A DNA stretch of 64,000 nt from Eukaryota sp. GEM-RC1 (lineage: Eukaryota), in NCBI GenBank assembly GCA_040285855.1, contig JAUFOQ010000013.1, forward strand, positions 992,001-1,056,000, in the 5' to 3' direction. The notes beneath the pieces are model-generated. The model made no database searches. It was not told the DNA's origin and saw only the letters and a program-made list of their open reading frames with translations. Shown in pieces: positions 23,658 through 34,500 of the stretch. The position numbers were made by a program, and so were the translations under genes. How positions within the stretch are numbered: position 1 is the first letter of the stretch; every line of letters starts with the position of its first letter.

Positions 23658-24437
23658 ATGTCTTTGAACGAATCTTCTCTTGAAGTGATGTCAAGTCTGT
23701 TAGCACAGTTTCATGAACAATGCAACAGAAGTTTGATAACCTTATGCAATTGTTGTCATTGTACTTCGTTAGGAGATGATTCTGTGACCACTTCTATATC
23801 AACTTCCTTAAAAGATCTTGTGTCAACTCTGTTCTACCCTTCATCAGAAACTTCTAATGTTGAGGAAGTCTTAATCAGAGTATCTCATCTTTGGCAGTTC
23901 ACGCCTCTACTCAACAGTTTTCTCAATTGGTCAGGTTTAATTGATATTCTTCTTCATTGTTGTCTCAATGATGATACTTGTTTGTTTTTGAAGCATTTAC
24001 ATTTGATGATCACTAGTTTTGCTTGTTCAGTTGGTATATTATTTTGTCACAGTTCTCGATCTTCTACAACTTTATTAATTCCTGCTTTCCTCCAAAGTTC
24101 ACTTCATGATGATGGTCATTTAAGATTTGTTTATTTTAAAAAGATTGAGGATAAATTGTTGCTATTACTTGAGGACAATGATTATTGTTTGTCTGTTTCA
24201 AAGTTTGTTTTGATTTTTGTTAACATTGTTTTAGCAAAAGGTAATTGTAATGATTATACTGAAGTTGTCAATTTGTTTAGTTTTATTTTAGAACGAAGTG
24301 ATTTTGTTGACTTGAAACATGTTTTGACTTGGAAAATGTCAGGAAATGATGAGATTGATGTGGATAATTTATGTGATGAATTGTTGCAGTTTAATGATAG
24401 TGTAGTGAAGTATGTTTGTAAGTATTTGTGTAAGTAG
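23658..24437 (+). CDS. Hypothetical Leu-rich helical protein
   Basis: Uninterrupted ~260-aa ORF, divergent from its neighbour. Confidence 0.55.
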   Translation: MSLNESSLEVMSSLLAQFHEQCNRSLITLCNCCHCTSLGDDSVTTSISTSLKDLVSTLFYPSSETSNVEEVLIRVSHLWQFTPLLNSFLNWSGLIDILLHCCLNDDTCLFLKHLHLMITSFACSVGILFCHSSRSSTTLLIPAFLQSSLHDDGHLRFVYFKKIEDKLLLLLEDNDYCLSVSKFVLIFVNIVLAKGNCNDYTEVVNLFSFILERSDFVDLKHVLTWKMSGNDEIDVDNLCDELLQFNDSVVKYVCKYLCK

Positions 24438-24439
24438 AT

Positions 24440-24601
24440 ACATCTTGTATTACACATCTTGTATTACACATCTTGTATTACACATCTTGTATTACACATC
24501 TTGTATTACAAATCTTGTGTTACACATCTTGTAAAACACATTTTGTATTGCAAATCTTGTGTTGCAAATCTTGTGTTACACATTGTAAAACATATCTTGC
24601 A
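24440..24601. repeat. 14-bp minisatellite (TACACATCTTGTAT)n, ~11 copies degenerating rightwards
   Basis: Tandem units directly visible. Confidence 0.95.
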
Positions 24602-24607
24602 ATAGCC

Positions 24608-25798
24608 ATGGACTGCTTCTCAAAGCTGCAAAGCTGTGATGTTGACCAAGTTCCTACCCACACCAAATCAGCTGTGGATCACTTCCTCCATAACAAATCA
24701 CTTCTAACTTCATCAGAAGGCCTTTCTCCCCTACTCCAAGTTATCCACAACTCATCTTCCTCCATATCCCTTCGTGGAATTGATGTCCTATTTAGAATTC
24801 TGCATAGTTTATCTGTTGACCATGTCGATCTGATCTCAGTTCTTCTCCAAGAGTCCAACATTATCCCTGAAATCAGTAATCTTCTAGATTCTTCCGATGT
24901 CCTCTCCAAACTAGCTCTTCTGGAACTCTTTGCTGATGTTCTGGATAATCGTCACATCAGTCTTTGTTTCCTTCATCTCCCTTCCTTTAAAGAGTTGTTA
25001 ACCAAGATACAAGTTCTTGGTACTGAATCAGTTTCGAGTTCTGATTACCAAGATGTATTTCTTTTCAATTCAATTATTTTCTTTATTTCTCATTTATGCC
25101 ACCTTCCGAAAGAGTTACTCAAACCATTTCTGACCCTCATTAGAAAAGCTCAATCAAAAGCTGAAGATACTTTATTGGTGTCTTTAAACGCTATAGGAAA
25201 GCTATTATCCGTGGAAAACTCTCGAACCATTTTACTTGAAGAAAAACCTGCTAGTGCGAGTCTAGCAGTATCACTAATAACCCATTCCCTCACTCCAAGC
25301 TCTCGTCCAGTCTCTGCCCCAACCTCTCTCACAGCAAAGCACGCCATAGCCACCGCTCTAATGTCAGAAGCTCAACATCCAGGACCAATCTCAATCGTTA
25401 CAGCTTTCGAACATGCTTCTCGTAGAATCAACTTACCATATCCAAATGCGGCTTACGAGCAGTGTATGAGAGCAAAGGGAGATGATGATGCTTCACTAGC
25501 TTCGATTAGACTGGTTGAAGGTTTGTGTGGGTTAAAAACTGGACTTCAAGGACTAACACGTGTTGCTGGGTTTATAGAATGGCTAACCAGCAGTGAACCT
25601 CATTTAGCTTCAGATGTTGCTCATGCCAAGTTACAATTACTGAAGAGAGTTAATGATGTGGAAACTGAGTTGAGGAAGAGTGGTCAGGGATTGCTTAGTG
25701 ATGCGACATTGGTAAAGATAAGGGAGAAGTTAATGAGAGGTCCGTTTGGAGGTGCAGGTGAATATGTTGTTGAGGTGGGAGAACACGTTTCGGAATAA
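24608..25798 (+). CDS. PSMD5: 26S proteasome assembly chaperone PSMD5/S5b-like ARM protein
   Basis: DVLSKLALLELF, GFIEWL......D..HAKLQLLK and C-terminal KLMRGPF....VEV resemble PSMD5 conserved segments. Confidence 0.7.
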   Translation: MDCFSKLQSCDVDQVPTHTKSAVDHFLHNKSLLTSSEGLSPLLQVIHNSSSSISLRGIDVLFRILHSLSVDHVDLISVLLQESNIIPEISNLLDSSDVLSKLALLELFADVLDNRHISLCFLHLPSFKELLTKIQVLGTESVSSSDYQDVFLFNSIIFFISHLCHLPKELLKPFLTLIRKAQSKAEDTLLVSLNAIGKLLSVENSRTILLEEKPASASLAVSLITHSLTPSSRPVSAPTSLTAKHAIATALMSEAQHPGPISIVTAFEHASRRINLPYPNAAYEQCMRAKGDDDASLASIRLVEGLCGLKTGLQGLTRVAGFIEWLTSSEPHLASDVAHAKLQLLKRVNDVETELRKSGQGLLSDATLVKIREKLMRGPFGGAGEYVVEVGEHVSE

Positions 25799-25943
25799 AT
25801 TTGCATTTGATTGATCTGATCGCGTGATTTAGTACAATGGGAAGTCATATCATTCATAATAAAGTAAGTCAATCAAAGCCGATCAATAAAAAAAGAAATA
25901 ACAAGCAAGACTAAAAGAACAACAAAAGACCATCAAAGAGCAA

Positions 25944-26476
25944 CTACCGCCAAAAGAGACGTCGTTTTCTAATAGGGATAGGTCCCTTCTTTTGTGCACA
26001 TAGTCTAGCATAAGCCAGCTGTACATTGGAAGGAGATAGAGGAAGTGTTTCCCCAGATTGCTTCTGAATAACCATGGCTTCTTCTATTAACTGACACAAG
26101 TATGTTTTGACTGTAGCGTGAACACAAAAGGCAGTAGCGGATCGAGCTTGTCCAAAGATAAGACGGAGACTCCACTTCACGATACCTTCACATTTAGCAG
26201 ATCGGTAGAGTTTGAATCGTTCGTACTGGTCAGGGTAATGATCTCTGAAGCTGGGTTCAGCCAAGGAGTGAGAAATGGTGTCTAGTAGTCGTAGATAGGG
26301 TTTGCCACCAGTGAAAGGTTCTGAAAGAGGTATGTCTCCAAAGAGTCCAGAATCTAAAGATGGTTCTTCTCTGGTTCATCGAATTGAGCACGAGGAGGAG
26401 TTCTGATTGAAGAAATATCTCCAACAATATCTTCACTTTCAGAAAGAGAGAAATCATCCAAGTTATCTAAAGACAT
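25944..26476 (-). CDS. TAF11: TFIID subunit 11 (histone fold), one frameshift near 26370
   Basis: QYERFKLYR...KTYLCQLIEEA..IQ...GE..PLSPSNVQLAYARL matches the TAFII28 domain; acidic N-terminus from ATG 26476. Confidence 0.82.
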
Positions 26477-26552
26477 CAGCTAATAGCTTATGAACGGTAT
26501 ATGAATAGTGACTTGTTGAGAACCTGGTTTGAGATAAATCTTGTTGAATCAA

Positions 26553-26816
26553 ATGTCCAACCCTCAAGACCGTTTCCATCTCACTTCGCAATTAGAGCAT
26601 CTTCAGGCTCGTCAAACTGACTCGATATCAGCTGATAGTTCCAGACATGATTGGGCTGTTCAAGTACATAGAGACACCCATGCAGCGTTTCTTGGTAACC
26701 GCTCTCTACTTCACTACATTGCACTTGCGGAAGGTCAACATCCTATAAAAGCATACTTTAGTCGTTTGGAATACATGCTGAACCCTTGTGGACCTCGTCC
26801 AACATCAGATCTTTAA
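26553..26816 (+). CDS. SF3B5: Splicing factor 3B subunit 5 (SF3b10)
   Basis: DRF...SQLEHLQ...AD....W....HRD......YIALAE........MLNPCGP. Confidence 0.93.
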   Translation: MSNPQDRFHLTSQLEHLQARQTDSISADSSRHDWAVQVHRDTHAAFLGNRSLLHYIALAEGQHPIKAYFSRLEYMLNPCGPRPTSDL

Positions 26817-26973
26817 CACTTTGTACTCTTATTTTCTTGTATATTTTTGTGTTGGGTCTCGAACCCGTTCGGTTTTTTTGTTTTATTCGTTTTCACTACC
26901 AGTTAACAATGTAGTGAGACTTCTTTATTATCATCTTTTTTCTTAATCTTTCATAAACTCATGTCTCGTTTAA

Positions 26974-27925
26974 ATGTCTGAACACGAACCTCCCTTGAAG
27001 AAAAGGTCTATTTCAACTCATTCCACATACATCACTTTGAATAACATTGTTTTCTATGACAAACAAATAGATGACTTTGAGCTTACCTTAATTGATGTTC
27101 TTGTAGCTCCTATTCGTAAACGAGATGCTGCTAAGATTTCCCAGTTTCTTAACGATAGTTATCCCCTTTCACTGTTTCCATGTCTTAAACGATTCAAATC
27201 AACACCAAACTCTCTCTATGTTCTCATTGGACCTCTCTCTTCATTCACCCATCAATCCCCACTTCCTCAGTTAGAAGACAACCTTCCTACAGAATTATCT
27301 CTTTCTGACCTGTCCCATTGCCTACCTCTTCTCTCTTCCCTCCAACTTGCCTTCCCCTTTTTCTACTGTTAAAGTATCTAATGCTGAGTTTCATACCACA
27401 TCCCAACACGAAGTTCTCAAGGAAACGTGGCCAATGACGTTCAAATCACCACCTGCACCCAATCCAAATTCAATTCTTCCTGGGCTTTTATCAGAATCAG
27501 AAATATTGCAAATTTCCGAGATTTTTGAATCACTTGTTACTTATGCTAGCTCCAAGAATAACTCTGTTGGATTTGTCTATGACCCCACAGCAAAGAAAGT
27601 TGTTGTTCAATCAGAAGAAAGCCCACATCATCCTCTGCATCACGTTTCCATTCGTTTAATTGATCTCTTTACACGTAACATTGCGACTTCGGAGAACTAC
27701 TTTTTATTGAATAATGATGTATTTCTCTATCACGAACCTTGTTGTTTTTGTTGTATGGCCTTAATCCACAGCAGAGTTCGTAGAGTTTGGTTTATCCATC
27801 CTATTGAAAACGGATCAATAACAAAGTTCAAAGTACCATATGCTGGTGTGAATCACAAGATGTTTTGTGCTTCTGTTACTTTAAACAAAGACATTCACTC
27901 AACATCCTGTCAATGTGGTCAATAA
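26974..27925 (+). CDS. ADAT3: tRNA adenosine-34 deaminase non-catalytic subunit, one frameshift near 27350
   Basis: HLKR-like CLKRFK, WPMTF, HPLHH (no catalytic Glu), HEPCCFCCMALIHSRVRRVWF, VNH. Confidence 0.88.
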
Positions 27926-27992
27926 TTCAAAAAACAATAAAAACATTATATATTAAAAACTAGAAATTATAGACAACAATAAACAAGAAAAT

Positions 27993-30900
27993 CTACTTAT
28001 GCACCATCTCCATGGTCTCCAACCACTTCTTCCTATCAGATTCAGTATCAACAGACCTTCTGTTATACATTCTGACTACAGAAGCATCAAATGGAGCATA
28101 AACTATTGTATGTTCAGGGACAATCTCACGACCGTCAATTGTGACCTCAAAGTTAGCTTCAGATAAGAGCTCCAAGAATTTAACTTGTTCTGCAAATGAA
28201 GGTGATTGAAGTTCACAACGAAGGATACACTCAGACCACAAAGAGGCATCGGTATGACGATCATGACGAACTTGTCGTAAATCAACATTGGCAATGAGTG
28301 CAGCTCTTGCAACACGTGCAAGTTGACCGGCAACGTCGTTGATTTTGATTGAACAATGCAGTACTTTCCCCATTGACCTCAATCCAAGAGAATGAGCACG
28401 TTGAAGTGTGGGAAGATCGATATTAGAACCACATAGAATAACACCTACGCTTTCTCCCTTTGATATCTTGACTTTACCAAACAACAGAGCAGCCAAGGCT
28501 AAAGATCCAGCACCTTCAGTTAAAGTTCTAGTGTTTTGGAAGTAGATGGGAAATAGTAGCAATGATTTGATTCTCATCGACTGTTACGATTTCATCAATA
28601 TGAGATTTGATTAAATCAAAACGTGGCTGTTTGACGTTACATCCGTCAGCAACTGTAGTAGCTCCGCTTGTAATATGACGAATCTCTCCGGTAGTAAGCA
28701 AATCCTTAAGAGGAGAAACAGATGTTGCCTGCACTCCTACAATTCTCATCTTTTTTCCATTTCTTCTTGCCCATTCCTTAGCGTAAAGAGCAGTTCCAGA
28801 GATTAAACCTCCACCTCCAATGGAAACAACTAGAGTATCGACTCCTTCAGGATACTGTTCAAAGAAAGAGTGGATTAGAGTTCCCTGACCCTCAATCACT
28901 GATGGTTGATTGAACGGATGGATTAAAAGAGCTCCATGGGGAGAGCTTTATCTAATCGTCTAACAAGCTCCTTGGCGTATTTCATTGATTGTTCAATAGA
29001 GTTACCATACTTGATAATGTTGGCACCAAGAGCACGACAACTTTGAATCTTAGTCTCTGGAGCGTACATTGGAACAACAATTTCAGAGGGAATGCCTAGT
29101 TTAGTACTAATGGAGGCAACACCTTGAGCATGGTTTCCAGCAGAAGCAGCGACTAAACAATCAGGTTTTCCATGTTGTTCTACGTGTCTATAAGCGAAAT
29201 TAGCACTTCCACGTACCTTGAATGATCCTGTTCGTTGGAGATTGTCAAACATTAGATAGATATCAGATCCAAACTGACGGGAATAGTTCCTAGACTTAGA
29301 GACATAAGTAGGATCAATAGCATTAGCTGCTAGTAACTTAGGATATGCGGCCTTGATTGAATCAAAGGTAACATCTTCAATAGGCCTGGGTTCAACACCT
29401 ACTGGTTCTGTTCCAACCTCACCACGCTCCAGAGCTTCAGAAGTCTCTTGTTTAACTCGTTCAATGATCTCCATGATCTCAGCAGAGGAAGTAGTGGTAG
29501 CAGGAGGTACCATTGGAGAGTTCTTACGATTAGGGGGGAGTCCAAAGCTCAATCTGAGAGTTATTCTCAATGACGACGTTGTTTGTAGCAAGTTCATGCA
29601 TGGCCTCTTCAAATTTACCAGGGAGGGTACACATACAATTGATACGAACCATCTGAGTATTGAACTGAGGACCTGATACACCTTGTAGGAACTTAATATC
29701 ATTAACAGTCACACTCTTTTGAGATAGAACTTTCAAAATAGTATCCACCATGACGGCATCCTTGGGAATAATAGCAGTGAAAGTCTTAACATGACCAATC
29801 AACTCAAGAGCTTTCTGTAAACGAATACCAACTCCAAATGGTTCAACTGTACCTCCAGATACTAAAACTGCAGTGTAGGAAGTATCTCCTGATCTAGTGT
29901 GGGGTAAATGAAACAAGCTACTGAGAGCAGCTGCTCCTTTAGAAGAAACATGAGTTTTAATGTAACGAAGGGAGGTAGACCAACCAATCAGACAATCAGT
30001 ATTAGTTTCGACTGGGACAATCGTGGTGACGAGACCTTTTCTAGAGAGACTGTCCATGGAGAGAGTATCGAGTAATGAACCACCATACTTGCCTACTTTG
30101 GAAAGTCGAATGAAACGTGATCGGAGACTTGACAGGAATTCTGTGAATTGAGCTTGAGAACATTGGTCAGGGAAATCAATACATACATTCTCAACTCCAT
30201 CACAAATCGACATTAACACTTCAGTAACTTCACCAGAAGTTAACATGCCATCTTCAGTAGTGTTCCACTTAGAGAACACACGTACAGGCAACACTTCATC
30301 GGTTCTATTCAACAAAAAGTTCTCTTGTACGGGATCCCCAAAAACACATCCAGATTTAGGTGCCTGGATATCAGCAGCAATTACATCACAAGCACGCTCA
30401 GCACACCTGACATAGCAAGCAGCAGCAGCCAAGGAAGTAACAGTGAAGTTAGATCGGCGGACAGGAACGATAAGGGAGGAGATCTCTTGTCCTTGGATTT
30501 CAGCTTGGTGGAAGATTTCGTCAACGACAGTGGCGAGACCAAGGATGGACTTCTGTTTAAGAGATTTACCATCAACAAAGACGGAGTTTGGAGTTCCCAT
30601 GATGTTGGAGATGGTTTGTTTGAGGTCTTCTGGTTCAGCGAACACAATGTTGGCGTTTCCTAAATGATGCTTGATGTTGAAGAGGACAAAGAGATGGTAG
30701 AGGTTGACGTCTGTGGTAGACAAAACAATGGTAGATTTGGCTTGGAAATGCTCAGACAGAAACACGAGTTCTTGGAGATACAGTGAGATCTCGGGGTTTT
30801 GGCAAGGAGAGAAGACGAAGTGGGTGTCGGGGTGATACCGGAGAAGCCTTGCTCAAGAACGGTGGTAATGAGCACAGCAGCAAAACGACGGACAGCCACA

Positions 30901-31196
30901 TCGGCAAATCTTTGGATGTTCTCGAGCTTGATCAAGGCCTTGACACCAGTTTCATGGTCAAGTAGTGGGAAATTACGGAGGGGGGTTTGGTTAAAATGGC
31001 CAGGCATGTGTGAGGCAATCTTTCTTACCGTCTTGACAAAATCGATACGGTCAGTAGCATCACGGACAAGAATGTTTTCCGAAAGGCATTCGAATTGTGC
31101 GAGAACGTCATCGATTTCCTCAGCAGGGACGGATTCACGGCGCACCCTCTTATGAGGATTATTCAAAGAAGAATGTCCAGATGCAAGGGTCTTCAT
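27993..31196 (-). CDS. Tandem threonine dehydratase fusion: degenerate PLP-fold+ACT followed by an intact threonine ammonia-lyase+ACT (four frameshifts)
   Basis: Second unit: NLQRTGSFKVRG, ASAGNHAQGV, GGGGLISG, TVADG, TEGAG, CGSNID, ACT. First unit: TPL...LIKLENIQRFADVAVRR, LVSGG, ACT-like region. Confidence 0.85.
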
Positions 31197-31551
31197 GATT
31201 CTGGAAAGATCAGGACTGAAGTAGGAGATTGATAATGAACAGAATTTCAGAAAGTAACGTGATAGAGGTCAGAATACTGAAGAATTCTGTATCCACTCTA
31301 AGTCTTTATAGTACAGACTGCAATGGCACTGCACAGTTGCTGTAACACCATATGAAAGAGGTTCACAGATAACCTTTCTTCATCCTACAGTAGAGAAAGA
31401 GTGTTTGAGCGGTTCCACATTGACATCAGTCCAAAGAACTCCAAAGTTTGGAGTCCAAACAGTGTCTCACATAACAATACAAAATCAAAAAAGATCATTT
31501 ATTAGAATATATATACAAGGAACAAAACACAAGTGATAAGGAACAGTGATA

Positions 31552-34500
31552 CTACATCAGCAATAAAAGGTGATCAGCCAAAATATTGGAAAATTCAGAA
31601 TTGATCTTGGAAAATGAAACGAGATAAGGTAACAGAACATGGAAATCCTCAGAATCGTGTTGTTTTTGGATTAAATGCACAATATTAGTTTTAACCCCTT
31701 CGGATAGACTAAAAGAAATTCCAAAACAAAAGACAATTTGAGGTATAACCTCAAGTAAACTCTTAGAAAGTTCAAAGTGCAATGATTCAGAAAAGGCATT
31801 CGGTAAACAAGATTCTAAGCGGGACATTAAGATCTGAGTAATATTAACCAATGAATTAACAGAACATCGTTCTCTTGATCCACACTTGAAGGTTAATTTC
31901 AAAAATTTGGATAAATTGAATAATGTAGAATCTCCGGATTTGGTAAAATAAGTAAGAAGTTCAGAGAATGAATACACTATTTGAACTTGATTCAATAATT
32001 CAAAAACAGAGTTCAAGGAGGATAACAACAGTAAAAAGTCAGAGCTCATACAACTTGAGAAAAGTGTTTGACAAACTGAGGAACTCAGAAGAGTATTTGA
32101 AATATCGTGTTCTTGACAAATTTCGAGTTGTAAACAATTTTCGAGAATAGATAATAGATGGGTAACTGTAGAACTATCAAAACTGATTAGGGCTAGAATG
32201 CACGTGATGAAGGAATGTAACGTCTCAATTGATAATTTCTCAATGAAAGTATCAGAGTTATTGAATAAAGAGGAAATGGTAGAATCAGAATAATTGACTC
32301 GGATGTTTTGAGTGATGATAGTCCAGAATGATGAGCTAGAAACAATTTCGTCACGACGATACCCAATCATATGAGAAACGTAATCAAGGTCGAAATCAGA
32401 TTCGATGATTGACAAGAGTTGTGTGGATGATAGTATTGAGGGACAACTCATGGAAATTGACTTTAAAAACTCGAAAACTGACTTGTGGTATGATGGAGCA
32501 TTGACGAATCTCTCAAAAACAATGCTGATAATGGGTTTGAAAACGTGATCATCGGCAGATATTTCCTCAGAAGTGAAAAGGGACAAAAATTTGAAATATT
32601 CTAGAAGAGAATTATCACCAACAAAAGTAGTAAATGTGGTACATTTTTCCAAGAACAAGCGACCTTCTGATTTAGGGAATAAATTTAGCAAAATGCAAAC
32701 TAGATTAACACCGATAACAGAATCTGTTGTGAAAATCTTCTCCAAAAATAGAGAATCTTGCTGTTGAATGAATTGTAGGTCAACTGTTGAAGAAAGACTT
32801 ACATAGAGAAAAACAGTGTAAATAGCAGCTGAAAATGGCATTGACTCATAAGAAGTTTGTAAAAAGTGGTGAAGAGTGGAGTCGAACTCCGGAGTAGCTA
32901 AATGTTTAATTCGATTTAATTGAACACAACATAGAGTCAAAAGAGAATGGCCACTGTCTTCCATAAATGAAGGTAGATTCTCAGAAAGAAGAGAGAAACA
33001 TGTTGAGTAGAATGATGGATGGAGGTCTAGGTCCAGCAGATTGAAAGAATTTAAAAATTGAACAAAGTTGAAAAATATAGAGTTTTCAGTCAGGAATAGA
33101 GACATTTTTGGGCAGAATTCAATTAGAAAATCTCGAGGAAGATGAATTTTCGAAAGTAGGCTCATTATTGGAGCGAAACCATGTGACTTTACCAAACCCA
33201 AAATATTTGAGTTGTTTAAAAATTCAATTGTGAATTGCTGATGACAGTTTAAAACATCACAAAACACACCAATTAAATTGTCACTTAATTGTGGGTGAAA
33301 CATAAGTAAAGAAAAAAAGTTTGAGAAGGATGACGTGAGCAGTTGAGGATTCCAATGTAAGGACAACGAAAAATCACCAAAATTGTTCAGACTTTTGAAA
33401 AATTCAGTAAAAATCTTTGTGAGAGAGTGATTTTGATTCAATAATATTTGATTTTGACCCCCAAAAGAATCAAATGATAAACAAATTGGGAGATAAACTC
33501 TGCCACGGAAGAAGAATCTCTAATATACTCCTGAGAAACAATGAAAAGAAGATTGAACAAAAAGAGTCAATAAAAGTGGAAATATCAAAAGATATCAAAT
33601 CTTGAGTAAACAACATTTGGAACGATTGGATGAAAAATTTCAAAACATTGGAGGAAAACACGGGAGAAATATTGTAGTTATTGTCGAGCAGATGTGAAAA
33701 GAGGGTTATACAAGAACTCAAATCGTTCAATGAATTTCTAACCAAAAAAATCTCAGAAAATTTCAAAAACTCACCAAAATATGATCGGCACAAGAAGTTC
33801 TTGCAGCGGTCACAGCTTTTTACTAGAGTATTTAAAACTCCAATGACAATTCTAGAAGAGCTCAATCCTAAATCTGATAAAAGTAAGGGAAGTTGAGACA
33901 CTGGGAGACAACAATCCTTTGGGTGAAATTCTGATAAGACGTTGAATAGTTCAGAAAAGAAGAGTAATTCTTGTTCTAATTTAGAATTGGGGTTGACTGA
34001 CAGAAGCAATCCTAACTCATTAATCACCCCAATCAAAGCAGAATTGATTGATGTGACAACATCAGATGGCTCAGAAATCTTTGGAATTAGTTTGACCAGT
34101 AAATCTCCAGCTAAACGTGCTCCAATCAAATCAGTTTTAGCATGATTGAGCTGTTCTCGTATGATTGTCAATAGCTGTTTGAAAACGGTAGAAAAGTTGA
34201 AATCTAAATCTGCCAATTTTTTGAATAAAGCTAAAATCTTCTTTCGAAGTAAAGGCTGATAAACAACAGTATCTTGAAGATAACCACCAAAATACGAATT
34301 TTCAATAATTTTGGTTAAAAACTTTGAGTTAACAGCAGGATCAATTGTGGAATTGTTTAGCAGAAACAACGTAGATTCAAGAAGCAAAAGTAAAAGGAAT
34401 TGTTGACGTTTCTGCATTTGATCAGATAACAATGATAAAATACACGAAAGAATTGTTTTGGCCATAGAATTGGTGTATACCAGACCCGCAGTGAATAACC

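Noticed and set aside
24473..24607. Cys/His-rich N-terminal extension of PSMD5
   Set aside because: It is the translated minisatellite, starting from a non-ATG codon.
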